DNA from: Novakomyces olei
Taxonomy: Eukaryota
Direction of reading: 5' to 3'
DNA: 64,000 nucleotides
Assembly: GCA_016906335.1 (NCBI GenBank)
Contig: JADEYG010000015.1
Span: 186,001-250,000 of the forward strand
In this document: positions 46,554 through 59,127 of the stretch, piece after piece
Position numbering within the stretch: the first letter of the stretch is position 1
How the letters are laid out: each line of letters starts with the position of its first letter
Made by a program: the position numbers and the translations under genes
The notes under the pieces: generated by a model
Seen by the model: the letters and a program-made list of their open reading frames with translations, nothing else
The model's database searches: none
What the model was told of the DNA's origin: nothing

Positions 46554-47585
46554 TCACACGACTAGATAGTAAAGTACTGAGGCTAGCGCGCCAACAAGAA
46601 GCGTCTGACCAACCGGCCGCGTTGTCAGAAAAGCCCCGAACCCGATTGCTCTGTCTACAGCCACCATTTGCCAGGGCTGAGGCTCAGCGCAGTTACCGGC
46701 AGCCGTTGAGGCAACAGGCGACAGTGCAAGGTCCAAGTCAAATACAAGACTTACGGGCTTATGATCAGAGGAGTCAATGGCAGGGAGGGCAAAGTAGCCT
46801 CTGACTTGAATACCAGAATCCTTATGGAAAAGGATCCGATCACAGTAGCTCGGCGTCCTTTGCTGGTCCAATCGTAGCCCACTACCGAATAGGTATTTAA
46901 ACGTAGGGGCGAACACAAATTCGCTCTCTGAGAATGAGGTGAAGGCTTGACCCTTTTCGCGTGTCAGCACCAGTTGATCATGGCGTTGCATCTCTGTAAT
47001 TTCGCTGTCTGTAAACTGAGACGCTTCCAATTTATGCGGATTATCCATGGCCACACGGTAATTTAAATCTCCAAAAAACAATGCGCTGGATTCGAATTCG
47101 CGCTCGATCCTTTGAAAGTCCTTATTGCGCTGTGCAAAGTTGCCTGCGTGAGCCGTTAAATGAGCCGATACAAAGGTAAGCGTGTGCGCTCGTTTGCCTT
47201 CGTGGAGCACAGTCAGAGTACACGAAATAGCTCCCTTAACACCGGACCCAGCGACACCCAAAGGCAGGCACTGAAAGGCAATATCGACGACGATTCCTCC
47301 GTTTGCAAATATAAGAACCGCGTTTGTACCAAACCAATACTCGCCGGCCAGTCGGTACTCGCTGCCGTACGATGAAGAAAGCTTTGAAAAACTCTCAATG
47401 GCGGCATTTTTGTATTGGTTTTCGTTAAAGAGCAGAGCCTCTACATAAGGCGCATACTCTTGCAGCCCAACAATGAAAAGGTCGGGAGCGACCTCTGTAC
47501 TTTTGTGGCCATCCCGCCAGACTGGAATCAACGAGTCTGGAACTGCAGCAGATCCGCAGTTAAATGTAAGAACGGCGACGCGCAT
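46554..47585 (-). CDS. Inositol polyphosphate 5-phosphatase with a C-terminal tail anchor (Inp54-like)
   Basis: VLTFNC, VGLQE, GVKGA, FFGDLNYR, PTFKY, PSYCDRIL, SDHKPV; hydrophobic C-terminus. Confidence 0.88.
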   Translation of the reverse strand: MRVAVLTFNCGSAAVPDSLIPVWRDGHKSTEVAPDLFIVGLQEYAPYVEALLFNENQYKNAAIESFSKLSSSYGSEYRLAGEYWFGTNAVLIFANGGIVVDIAFQCLPLGVAGSGVKGAISCTLTVLHEGKRAHTLTFVSAHLTAHAGNFAQRNKDFQRIEREFESSALFFGDLNYRVAMDNPHKLEASQFTDSEITEMQRHDQLVLTREKGQAFTSFSESEFVFAPTFKYLFGSGLRLDQQRTPSYCDRILFHKDSGIQVRGYFALPAIDSSDHKPVSLVFDLDLALSPVASTAAGNCAEPQPWQMVAVDRAIGFGAFLTTRPVGQTLLVGALASVLYYLVV

Positions 47586-47986
47586 ATGCGTCAAACTGAA
47601 ATAGCACTCAACGCCAGTGGATCAGCTTGCTGCTATCAATAGCCGTTCATCAGCAGTGCGCTTTATAATCCAAATAATAATTGACTAGAATAATTGGAAA
47701 TAATTGAAAATAATTGGAAATTGTCAATTGATTATAATAATTGAGAATAACAATTTACTAAAATAATTGATTATAATAATTGATTATAATTGAGAATATT
47801 ATTGACAATATCATTATGGGTGACGATGCACGTAATCTTCCATAGTATTAAGAATATAGAGTGTAATAGTCCCACGGTGGAAGTACGCATCAATGAGAAA
47901 ATACCATTATAATACAGCGTAAATAACAAACAAATCTAGAGGGGCGTTCAAGCTGCGAGGGCTCAATACAAAATACGCCTGACAAA

Positions 47987-48469
47987 ATGTCGAATTCCGC
48001 TCCCTACGATCCATACATTCCCGGTGAAAGTGCCGCGGATGGCTCTAATGCTGCCGGCGCGGGTCGCTCAGGCAATGCCCGCACGCAAGCGATACAGCAG
48101 CAGATTGATGATACAGTTGGGATCATGCGCGATAATATAAACAAAGTGTCCGAGCGTGGAGAGCGTCTCGACAACCTTCAGGACAAGACGGGTATCCTAG
48201 TGCTTACTTGATTTTGATTTTGATTTTGTTCTCTCAATATGTCTGCCCCCAGCGAAGGCTAACTACCAGATAATTTGGCTGTATCTGCTCAAGGCTTTCG
48301 CCGAGGTGCTAATCGTGTACGGAAACAAATGTGGTGGAAAGACATGCGTATGCGGATTTGCCTTTTTGTTGCAGTTATCATTTTGCTTGTCGTTATCATT
48401 GGTAAGAAACTCATTGCCGCGTGTTGCTCATGACTTGTAGTACCCGTTGTAATCAAAGCGCGACACTAG
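47987..48469 (+). CDS. syb1: Synaptobrevin v-SNARE (Syb1/Snc1); exons 47987-48191, 48270-48401, 48441-48469
   Basis: [61 protein letters not shown] plus TM tail. Confidence 0.95.
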
Positions 48470-49014
48470 GCGTGGCCCGACTATACCTGTGGTTTGAGTT
48501 TTACAAATATCGAATTTTTGCCGTATAAGTTTGGCTTTGTCAATGGTTAAATGGTCTAGTAGGACAGAGATAGTCGTATGGGGTTATTGATTTAGTGTCC
48601 GTCCCAACTGCTATTGGCGGCCAAGTCCATTTGCTTCTCTTCTTTTACTCTATATTCCACGATTTTGTTTTGTTTAGTTGTAGCGCGCTTTGCTTGTGCG
48701 ATCAAGTTATCGTTCTTTGTATTGAATCATTTTACTCTGGCAATGTAGTGTAATTACTAGGGGACGGGACAGTTCCCAAGTGTCAAAGCCAATATTGCAC
48801 CTATGGCCTGTGATGCTTTGTAGACTTTTGAGAATTCGAGATGCTCTCATTCCTTTTTGACGTTTAGTTCAAAGCGAAACACCAATGCTTTAGCCCGTGA
48901 GCACTTTGCCGTGGAACTCTAAAGCGGGAAACGCAATTATTTGAAACTTGTATATATATATTAATTTATTGACTACTCTAGCACTTTCTCGTCTATAATG
49001 GTCGATTATGCGCA

Positions 49015-49097
49015 GCCGTTGTGGCGTAGTTGGCTAACGCGTGGCACTTGTACTACATGCAATGCCAAGATCGTCGGTTCGACTCCGATCAGCGGCA
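49015..49097 (+). tRNA. tRNA-Thr(TGT) with a 9-nt intron (49053-49061)
   Basis: Acceptor stem GCCGTTG/CAGCGGC, D arm GCGT/ACGC, anticodon stem TGGCA/TGCCA with loop CT-TGT-A-[intron]-A, T arm GTCGG-TTCGACT-CCGAT, downstream T-run Pol III terminator. Confidence 0.9.
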
Positions 49098-49712
49098 TTG
49101 TTTTTTTGTCTGCTATTTTTTATTACTATGACTTATTGCTTATAAAGAAAAGAGACAATAAGAAGTAGCAATAAAGTTTCGTTTTCCAGAATTGACAATT
49201 AAATATGTTGTTTGTAAGAAGTCTATAGGTTCTAACTGTAGCAACTACAACCCTAAAAGATTTTTTGAGCAAAAGATACTTTAGGAACCGTAGAATCGGC
49301 CGCCCGTAAACTTTTTTGTTGTGAAAACTCAAATTACAAGCAATATTGTAAGCGTTGGAAACGCTCTTTAATGTTTCCTGAACTAAAGCGACGGGCTCCG
49401 AGGAACAAATGAAACTTATAAAACAAAGTTTACAATTCTTTGATGAGACATACAGAAAAGATTCAAAGAAATCTGAAATTATCCTACAAGACACGAGTAT
49501 GAAAATGAGTGGTATGATACAATCTTCGCCTTCCCCAAAAATGCAAGCCAACTTTCAAGGCTAAAAATAAGCAACTATCAACACCTAGAGCACCTTTCCG
49601 CTTGGAATAATAAAAATATAGAGAAAAAGAGAAAAATCAAGAATTTAATAAGATAAAAACAACAGCAGAGATCATGAAATAAAACCAGACAATAATTTCA
49701 TCACATGCAAAT

Positions 49713-51131
49713 TTACATAATCACATCTAGAGCCTTTAACAATTGACTATGCTCTGCACGCCGGCTCCCACAGCCTTCACCTTGTCCAGCAGCGGCTTCA
49801 GATATTTTAGGGTCAGCAGCCACCATGGCAGAAACCGCTCGCCGCGTCTCTAAATTCGGCGTCCACAGCTGCAGGGCGCGATAATAAGCGCTGGTCTGCA
49901 CAAAATGCTGAGCCAAGGAAATAACAATCCCCTCATACTTTGCGGCTTCTGCTGACCGGCGAGATAAAGGAACAGCGTTTAAAGCAAGGCAGGCTGCATC
50001 AAATCGGCCCCGTGACAACAACCAGCGGATAATTCCGAGTTCTTGCCCGGAAATAGCCGATGCAAACCATGAGCAAGAGATGTAGCGTTCCACAATATCA
50101 TTACGGCCTTTGCGAACTGCCGATTTCAGCAGTAATCGACCACAGGCAATCACTGTCCTATTGAAATTGGCAGCCTTTTCATGCAAAAGCTGCAATGTCT
50201 GCAAATCTTGCAGGCCAATTTGCAAGCTACCCCGTCTAACGAGCGTATAATAAAACATGGAGACAATGCCTGGCGTGTTTAAAAGGCTAATCTGCGTAGA
50301 ATTAGGCGATTCAGGCAGCCAATATGGCCTTAAACCCGTGTAAAAGGCCTCGAGTTGCGCATCCAGCGCAGGGGAGTGGCCACAATTGCTCTGAACTATT
50401 ATTTGAAGTAACAAAGCAGCAGCGTTGCTCGCTAAAGCCGATCGGGAAAAGAGGCCGATAGACTCGGGAGAGATTCCGAGTTGAGTCTCGGCTGCCTGAA
50501 GTAGTTGCATTGCATCATCGACTGTTGCCACCGCGTTTGCAGATGGAGAAGAGTTTAAATTGGCTCTGGCTCTTGATTTGTCTGCAGTGCAAGAAAACTT
50601 TGCCGCCGAAGAAACGCGGCTGCGCTCCCCACTTGCAAGCTGAGCAGTAGCCCTGCCGACTTGGCCCCCACCTGGTCCCCCACCTGGTCCCCCACTCGTA
50701 CCCCCACTCGTACTACTGACCCCCACTTTTCTTGTAGTTGCCTGTATTAACGGTGGAATTGCTTTTAAAACTGCGTGAGCATAACTCTGCTGGTACCTGT
50801 CCTTGTTCATTATACTCGCCAGCGTCTTCAAGGGCCGATCACTGCTGCGTATAGCTTCCAAATCCTTTTCTGCCTGATCAGCAGCAAAGCTGTGACCGAG
50901 TTTGCTGCCACTGCTCGTTCCATGGCCACTAGCATGCAGCGGGTTACTGTTGAGGGCAATATTGAAATGGTAGTTTATTGCTCGTGAAGCAGGAGCGTCT
51001 AAATGCCGCGAGAAAGATTTCTGTAAATCTTCCATTAGCTTTTGAGTTTGCTTGGTACGGAGCGGGAAATGCCTCGTCCACCCGGAAAAATGGGCTCGCA
51101 TGGCCGTGCTGAACGAGCCCCGCCTGATCAT
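49713..51131 (-). CDS. Hypothetical protein, possibly mitochondrial and helical-repeat-like
   Basis: ~470-aa ORF; first ATG at 51131 gives an Arg/Ser-rich, acid-free presequence-like N-terminus; no family recognised. Confidence 0.65.
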   Translation of the reverse strand: MIRRGSFSTAMRAHFSGWTRHFPLRTKQTQKLMEDLQKSFSRHLDAPASRAINYHFNIALNSNPLHASGHGTSSGSKLGHSFAADQAEKDLEAIRSSDRPLKTLASIMNKDRYQQSYAHAVLKAIPPLIQATTRKVGVSSTSGGTSGGPGGGPGGGQVGRATAQLASGERSRVSSAAKFSCTADKSRARANLNSSPSANAVATVDDAMQLLQAAETQLGISPESIGLFSRSALASNAAALLLQIIVQSNCGHSPALDAQLEAFYTGLRPYWLPESPNSTQISLLNTPGIVSMFYYTLVRRGSLQIGLQDLQTLQLLHEKAANFNRTVIACGRLLLKSAVRKGRNDIVERYISCSWFASAISGQELGIIRWLLSRGRFDAACLALNAVPLSRRSAEAAKYEGIVISLAQHFVQTSAYYRALQLWTPNLETRRAVSAMVAADPKISEAAAGQGEGCGSRRAEHSQLLKALDVIM

Positions 51132-51564
51132 CTGGGCTGATTGACCTAATTTACACAATACTCTGCGTTTCTTGCTTGTAGATTTATTAGTGTTTTATAG
51201 CGTTAATCATATATATACACAATTATATACAATTAATTATATACAATTAATTTCTGTTATTTGCCGCGTTTAAATTATTAATAGTATACAGGCTCAATGT
51301 TGCAGTATTACAATATTGAAGTTACTGGTTATTTATTTATTTATCAGCTATTTTCTTCTCGACTGAATTCAATAAGCGAATGGCCAATTCGATTGACGGT
51401 ACAACCAGGATCGAGGAAAAAGCTTAAACACGAGGACAAACTATTCGTAAAAGACGGATTCAATTCAAGACCAGTTTGAGTTTTAAATAAATTAAAATAA
51501 TTAAATCAGATTCTAATCCAAATTCAATTTAGATCGAATCAAAGCAAAAGCAATCGACAACAAT

Positions 51565-54500
51565 TTACTGGCTGTAGCCCCAGCCGGTACCTGACCCATG
51601 CTGAGCACCCCCACGGCTCGCATAGTAAGGCGGCTGCCCACCGTAGCCTCCTCCAAAGCCATATGCCGGGTAGGCTCCGCCTCCTCCAGGAGCAGAACGG
51701 AACTGCGAAGTAGACGGAAAGGCTCCCGGAGTACTATTGCCTCCCTCACTAGACTGGCCGGGTGCTGTAGTCTCTTCCGCGGGCTGATAAGCCTTGTACT
51801 CCTCTGTAAAGGCGCTGTTCTCATTACCCTGAGGCATTTTTGTCTGTGAGTCTGGAGCATTAGCATTAGCACTTTGCTGGACCCTTTGATCCTGGGGAAA
51901 CCTCTGATCCTGTTGAAACTGGTAGCCCCCTCCATACTGCCCTGCTCTGTGAGAATAGTCTCCAGCACGGCCAGAGTACTGCTGCTGGTGGTCAAAGGGC
52001 TGACCATAATTAGGTACGGAAGTCGGTACCGATGTCGGAAGCGAAGCCGGTGGAGCCTGCTGTGAGTAAGGGGATTTTTGTTGGCCGGTATAGCCACCGG
52101 AATAGCCTCCCGTGTACCCATACTGGCCCATATAATAAGCAGTATAGGGATTATAATACGGATGCATCGGGTAATTACCCGCACCGCCAGACTGCTGAGC
52201 AGTTTGAGCTGAGGGCTGTTGCGGTTGAGGACTGGGGCCGGAATGAATTCCGCCTTGATCGGATAAGTTTGCCGATGAATAGTCGGCTGCAGTATAATGT
52301 GTCGGCAAGCCTCCCGTGGTGTCCCCTGAAGCCAGCTGAGCATTGCCTGAAGGCTGAGCAGCCTGATGTTGCTGAGCGTCGATTGCAGAAGGCTGCTGGT
52401 AAGAAGCAGCGGCTCCAGGATCGTAATAGGTATGATGAGAATAAGATCCTGAGCGGGGCTGCTGCTGTTGCTGTTGCTGCTGCTGCTGTTGCTGCTGCTG
52501 ACTATTATTATGATGAAGGTGATGCTGATCATAATATCCGGGGACATAAGAGTTTGCTGCGGGATCAAAGCTTGTCTGGTTGAATTGCTGTGGGTGAGTA
52601 TAGTCTCCAACATTGGTATCATAAATACTGCCTCCTCCAGGGGCGTTAGAAGCCTTGCTTCCCGGCTGGCCTCGAGCAGCAATATGCTGTTGAGGTTGTT
52701 GAGGCTGTTGAGGAACAGCATGGATTGGAGGAGTACTGCTCATAATCGGTGGAGTATGAATATGAACCGGCTGTGCTCTAGCAGCAAACGGAGACGCTTC
52801 CGTTCCAACAGCCGGGGCTTCAATAGCAGAAGGCCTGGGAGCAATTGAAGAAGGAGCCTCGGAGATTGAAAGGCTACCAAATTTCAGATTTGCAGACTCA
52901 GCAGAAGCATTGCCGTTCCCTCCAGCCGGACGCTGATCGTACAGGCCAGTAGGGCCCTTGTAGATAGGGAACATTTGCGGTCGGTACTCGTGGTGATGAT
53001 GGGAGGATGATACATTGTTAATTGCATCCAGATTATTCTCAGTCAGGGGGGCAGACTGGTCTTGCTGCCAGACAGAGGCATTAGCAGGCTCCACCGCCCG
53101 GAAATTATCCCTCCAAAACCCGGAGCCCGGTTGTTGAGTGGGCAGAGGAGAACTAGCGTTTGTAGAGGCGTTTGTATTAGTGTTTGTACTATTAGCATTG
53201 CCGCCTCGACGGGGAGCTGCCTCTTTATTTTCTCTAGCGACCATTGCCGCTGGACCCGTAGGAGGCGCAGGAGCAAAAGAAGTACCAGTGCCTTCATGCT
53301 TAGTTTCCGGTAGGGAGACTCTAGCCGCTGCTGGGCCAGACGGAACAGCAGCCGGTAACGCCTGTCTTCCTTGTCCTGATTGAGACTGAGACTGGCGTAA
53401 AGCAGCTGGCGCTGAGGGTACTTGAGCCGGCGTTGGCACTTCTGCCGGAGCTGCTGCCGGCTTTACAACATTGGCCCAAGACGCTTTTGTTCCCGGCGGG
53501 ATAGTTTTGGAAATGTTTGGCCGAGCTCCCGAAATCTCGCTCGTCTGTGCACCAGGAAATGTATTGGGTTCGAATCCCGTGACGCTGCTTGCTTTTGTAG
53601 CCGCATCGGACCAGCCAGAGATGGATCGTGTCTCAATGTTGTTGCTTACACTCGTAGCGATTGTATGGCCATCAAATGAGTTTGTATCCATAAATTTTGA
53701 TGTGCTGCTCGACGCAGCCTCAGTTGATTCGGGGACATTATTCGTATTTTGTCCTGCTGCTGCTGCTGCTGACCAGGAAGGTAAACCGGAACCTGCAAGC
53801 TGAGTGTGCTGAGTAGGGGCGGCTTCTGCTTTTCCGACTCTATTGTTCGCCCAAACGGAGTCTGTTCCTGCAGAGCCTGGGCCGGGCTCAGGTGCTAATG
53901 AGTCTTGCTCGGCAAGGCTGCCGTTAACAGCGGGCTGCTTACCGCCTTCCCGACGGTTTCGTGCAGGTTTTACTGCACTGCCACCCCGGGCCACATTCCG
54001 TGGGCCTTTGCTGCGTGTGTCTAATAGGTTAGCTCTGAAAACGTTGTATGCGCTTTGTAAAGGGAGAGGGAAGGCTAGAGGTGAAAATATAAGGTCAGAT
54101 AAGCATAGACACGGCTTCCATATTGAACAATATGAGCGTGAAGAAGACACGAGAGACATTCCCTGTCGGATAAAACGCAGTATTAAAATCAAAGAAAACA
54201 TGAGGCAATTGTGCAGAGTAGTGGAAAACTATGAATAGAAAGAAAGTTGAAATAAATGTCCAACTATAAATATGATTGCCGATCTATCATATGGCGTAAA
54301 ATAATAAAATAAAAAACAATCTAGAGCGTCATTACCATTACGCGCCTTATTCCGTTCACCAGCAGTTTTGACCGAGCCACGAGAAACGTCCGTAGCAGGC
54401 GAAGCCGTGTCTGCTGTGGCTGCACCTGTCCCCTTTCCAGGTTCGCCCACCCGGGTCCTAGGCTTTCGCTTTACTTGACCCCATTGTGAAACATGTCCTA

Positions 54501-55169
54501 TAATTCAGTCTTTGTTCCGTATAAACAATATAGAGCACGGCTGACAAAGAGCCAGATTTTCCGCCAAGAAGAAGAAAAAGAAGCAGCTATAAGACAGACA
54601 ATGTAGAGCCAAGGAAAGGGAGCAAGATAGTGATACAGAAGGAATCGGCATTAACTAAAACAAAATAAACGAGACTAGAGCAAGGTCGTTTGAAAAAAAA
54701 AACATGTTCAAAGACAGCCAGCTCCAAAAGATTTTTCCAGTAATGACCAGCGAAAAAAAAAAGATGGAAATTTGGAGGACGCAATACCTTCCGTGATCCG
54801 TGTAATAGTCAGATCAAGATCACCCTGAGCTTCGCTAAGTGCCATCACCAAATCGTCACCTGCCCAGTCCGGAAATAATTCTCTCAGCGTACTGATCTGA
54901 TCCGTCTTATTTTTTGCTTGATCGCGCAGCTCTGGCGACACGTCTGCCAATTGGTCTACAACGGCAAAAGAACCATGTTTTTGCTTGGCCTTTGACCCAT
55001 TTTGATGATTGTGATTATGATTGTGATTGTGACTGTGATGGCTGTGCCCATTCGCCGTCACTGCTGCGCTATCAGAATTCGTTCGTAAATTTGATGCATT
55101 GTTAGAAGGCCCTGTACGGTGTCCGCCGCCGCCGCGTCCACGTCGCGGTTTTGAAGCGACGTCCGACAT
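51565..55169 (-). CDS. def1: CUE-domain, Q/G/Y-rich RNA polymerase II degradation factor Def1-like; exons 55169-54788, 54497-54336 (or 54342), 54020-51565
   Basis: LRELFPDWAGDDLVMALSEAQGDLDLTITRITEG|HVSQWGQVKRK CUE domain; SWANVV motif; long poly-Q/Y/G low-complexity tail. Confidence 0.8.
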
Positions 55170-55890
55170 TGCCTGCTTGCTCTGCTGCACTAAACGAGGA
55201 AATTTTACACGTAGCCAGCCTCGTACTTGGTGCACTTCACACTTCAAGTAGGTCAATGTCTTGCGTCTAGTGCCTTGTAATTTTTAACTTTGAAGACGAA
55301 TAAGCCAGTGTGTGTACTATTATGTACGCGCATAATATATTTCCATTTTTTTTACTGGCAAGTATAGCGTTATCAATACTTGAAATTGCAATAATACATA
55401 CAATAATACGTACAATAATACGTAAATTAATACGTAAATTAATACACTATAGCACAGTTGGATGGAACAAGCAAAGGAATAAAAAATAATAAAACAAAAG
55501 AATTAAAATGAATTAAATTAAAATAGAATTTTCAATTTAAAACAGACAGGGCAAATCGTCTCGAGAATATTATAGCGTGAATATTTATCCAGTCCTTGTA
55601 ACAAGTCTGCCTTGTGGATTAAAGTCAGCCTTTCAGACAGCAAGCCAATTACACTGTCGTGGTGGGGCCCTATTTTCGACAAAACGATTAAATACCTCTC
55701 TACTCGTCGATTATAACTTTTTAATAATCCGTGCATGATTAAAAGACTGTGATATGCTCAAATTAATCTACAAACCCAAAATCTCGCACAATCCAATGTC
55801 CAGTGCTATTGTGCAAAAACAAACCAGATCCAAAAATCTCGAAAACTAAAAGTTCCCTTCACCAAAACTCAAATTCTATTCGTAACCTAT

Positions 55891-56768
55891 TTAATCTGTA
55901 CTTATAAAATCTTCAGATGTTGGAAACCGTAGACGCCGCCGTTCCGGAGTCGAAATTATTGAAGTTTCCGATTGCCTTCCAGTCTCTTGCGAGCTAGTGA
56001 AAAGCCTCCGTGGTGGACAAGCGTCGAATATACCTTTTTCTTTTGGTGCTTTACGTCGAATTTTCTTGCCCCGGCTGCGGCTGTTAGTTGGCAATTCTTG
56101 AATTAAATTTATTTAAAAAAAATGAAACAAAGATAAATTTAAATAACAAGGAAAGTATCTTATGGGAGAGCAACTTACAAGGTATAGATAATCGTTCCGT
56201 CTGCGTCCGGTGCCACATTGCTTTTCACAGACTTTGTAGTTGCTGATTTTGTGGATGAAGGTTCGTCCTCGAGAAACGGATTCTCCCCTTCCGCAGGGAG
56301 TGAAGACACGTCTTGTGGATCATGGAATAATGACTGTGGCTCTTTTTTTGGCGTTTCATTAAGCAATTCGTATAGCATTCGGCTTTTAGGCGGCCTAGAA
56401 ACTGTATTTCCCCGATCGTTTGAGACAATGTTTGACGCATTGGACGGGCTGCCTAAAAGTGCCTGTTCACGGCCATTTGATTGCTGCCGAAGCTCTTGTT
56501 TCTTTAAGCCAAGTTTATGATGTGGAGTTTTTACGGGCGTAATCGGCGCAAAAGACATTGGCCCAGAATGATGCTTTGCCGTCTCGGCTGATGCTGTCCG
56601 TTTCCCTGCTGAGATACCCTCATTGTACAATCTGTCTTCATTGTGATGCTTGTCAAGCTGCCGACGTTTTGTCCGCGGAGGACTATCAAAACGAGGGCCG
56701 TAGAGCGGCGTGGCGGGCGTTGGCGGCAGAGCGCTGCGTTTCGCTGGCGGCGTACGAGGCTCGTCCAT
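55891..56768 (-). CDS. rum1: CDK inhibitor Rum1/Sic1-like; exons 56768-56179, 56074-55891
   Basis: Many TP/SP CDK sites (PITPVKTP), ENPFL; splicing creates DGTIIYTFRGKKIRR followed by PRRLF, matching the Rum1 inhibitory region YVFRGKRIKK..KPKLLF. Confidence 0.8.
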
Positions 56769-57627
56769 TTCTGGCCGAGGAAGAGAAAGAGAATAGAAAA
56801 GCGATGTAGAAAAAGTCACAATTTAAGCACCAAACTTGACGTATTTGACTGCAACCGGTTTCGGGGCTTTTTAAGGATAAAATACGGAACGAGATATGCC
56901 TTGACAAGAGTCAGGAGAAGCAAAACTGGTACTTTGGCCTTTAGAACAAACAGTAGATCCGAGAAATAACAATGTGGGTTGAAAATAAACGCCGCTGAAT
57001 GCGATAAGATACGATTGCCTTGGCCTCTTTTGCTAATTCAGCCTGACCGACTCTTTGCGAACGGTTTGCAACAGAGTCCCACTTGGCCCGTTACTGCCTC
57101 ACTTTAGACGAAAACGTGCAAAAACACGATGAAAACTTTTGCAATTAGCTCCCTGGACTTTTAAACTTCGTTTCTTTGAGCTGTACTTGACGCTCGTTAT
57201 TCAAGATTGGGCCGAGCAACAATTGCAGGCTTCTTTGAATGACTCGAGAGGATCAGCTCGAGACTTGTTCTGCAATGGCTGGTTAGATCTAACGCGTCGC
57301 GTTGCATTAAACAAGTAAGCTATCTGGCACGCGCGCCGAGAGATTGATATTCTTGCGCATTAAAATGCTTACTTTTGAATGTAAGCAATAGTAGATGCCC
57401 ATAAACGGCTTAATAAATGCGCCAAGTCCGGTTTGTGATTTGTCCATTTCCAAGTAAAACTTATTACAGACACGGGGCCCGTCCACATAATGGCCAAGAC
57501 CCCTATATTACATAATACGCAAGGTTTTATTAAATACAAAATTGCGATTCAAACCATGGGTGCGAGGAACGCGTAGCGTAGCGACAATAACAAATCAATC
57601 AGCTCGTTAAGTCTCTTTCGTTCGGCA

Positions 57628-58678
57628 ATGGCCGAGCCAGCAGACGACTTGAGGCGGTTACGTTTAGACGATGAGAATGAAAATAAAAAAATTGACGACG
57701 AATTACACCGCGCTGCGCTTGAACGCGAACTCGTTGGTATCCGCGCTCTTAACGCGACAATTTCAAATATGACGGGGTCTCTGCGAGCAGGAGTCGACAA
57801 TTTGCAGGTAGCTTCTCAAGATCGTCTGGCTTTATTCTTTTGATTATGCGTGGACCCTTCTAATATCCCCAAGGTACTTCATACATCTGTGCAAAATGCA
57901 GAAAAATTATTAGATCTATGGACCAAAGTACTTTCACAGTCCTATCATACACAGCGGCTTTTATTAGATCCGCGCTGGCACGGACAAACTAATGTAAGGC
58001 CAATTTGGTGTATGCGTCAAACTTTTGCGCACTAGTATCTCTGCTTTTACTGTTTTTTTCTCTGCTCTTTTGTCTTTGTTGAAAGAAGACGGTGCATGAA
58101 TGTTTGTGGCCTCTGACAGCACTGCTATTTTAGTGCATTAATGCGTTTGATATAGTATTTTAATTATCTTTCATCACTCTGCGTTTTTCAGGTTTGGGGT
58201 TACTTTCATACAGTTGCAATATCTCTTTTATTGCCCTTTCACAATATCATTTGATCGCGGACCTTTATAGGTGTATATACCACTTTTAATTCTAACTTTC
58301 CAGGACGAGGAAGAGCAACAGCGTATACAACAAAAGGCTTTACAAGCAGCACAAGAGGCAGAAACCGCACGCTTGCGCCGAGAAGAAGAACTGGCTCTTC
58401 AAGAGAAGCGTCAAGCGACAGCAGCAGCAGCAAAAGCAGCAGCCAGCAGCACTGCCTCTACTACCCCATCGCGGCGTGGCATTTCTCGTCTCTCTCGGCC
58501 CGGCCACTCTATACGTGGAAGCACGAGGGGCAGTGGGTTAGTACGTGGAACAGTCCGTTCAATACCAGGTTCAAGTACTGAAAGAGGTCGTGCAACAACA
58601 GTACGACGCGTCGTGCGGAGAGTTCCGGCTGGAACTGCTCGAGGTGGTGTAATAAGAGGCGTTTCAAGGAATTCATAA
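57628..58678 (+). CDS. duo1: DASH/Dam1 kinetochore complex subunit Duo1; exons 57628-57807, 57874-57993, 58304-58678
   Basis: LERELVGIRALNATI..NLQVLHTSVQNAEKLLDLWTKVLSQSYHTQRLLLDPRWHG; Arg/Gly/Ser-rich basic tail. Confidence 0.85.
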
Positions 58679-59127
58679 GATTTTGGGTTTAGCTATTGCA
58701 TTTTATAATTAAATGTTATTTTTCCTCCTTTTTTAAAATTTGCTTAATTCACGTTTTGCGGGCAATATCAAAGTCATTATTTTTGGCAGTCAATCTCTGG
58801 CAAGAGTTCGTTAGGCCAATATCAGGCCTTAAACAAACCAAATCATTTCTTATAAAGGCAAAAATCTGAGCAAATAATGGATCGAATGAACCGATCTATA
58901 CAATCTCGTTTGGAGGTGATTATCATCACGCTTTAGTTGGAGTTCTACGCAATGATATACGGTGAAACAAACTCAAGCTTGAAGATATGAATTAACAAAG
59001 CAGTCCGAGCTCAGACGAAATCAGAAAAGAAAATGATCGGTATAAAGAGCCTTCAGGTGATGCGCCATCGAGTGCACAACGCTCCAAAGCCTTTGTGTTG
59101 ATCGCGCAAAGAACCGGAATTCAATAT

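Noticed and set aside
49053-49067. Reading the tRNA as Cys (GCA)
   Set aside because: GCA lies in the intron and does not fit a 7-nt loop; CT-TGT-A and the G1-C2-C3 acceptor fit Thr
49126-49551. 141-aa minus-strand ORF next to the tRNA
   Set aside because: AT-rich, non-ATG start, F/L/I/K-biased composition and no motifs; probably non-coding
51513-52721. 402-aa alternative-frame ORF inside def1
   Set aside because: Shadow frame of low-complexity Q/S/Y codons; no ATG start or independent signals
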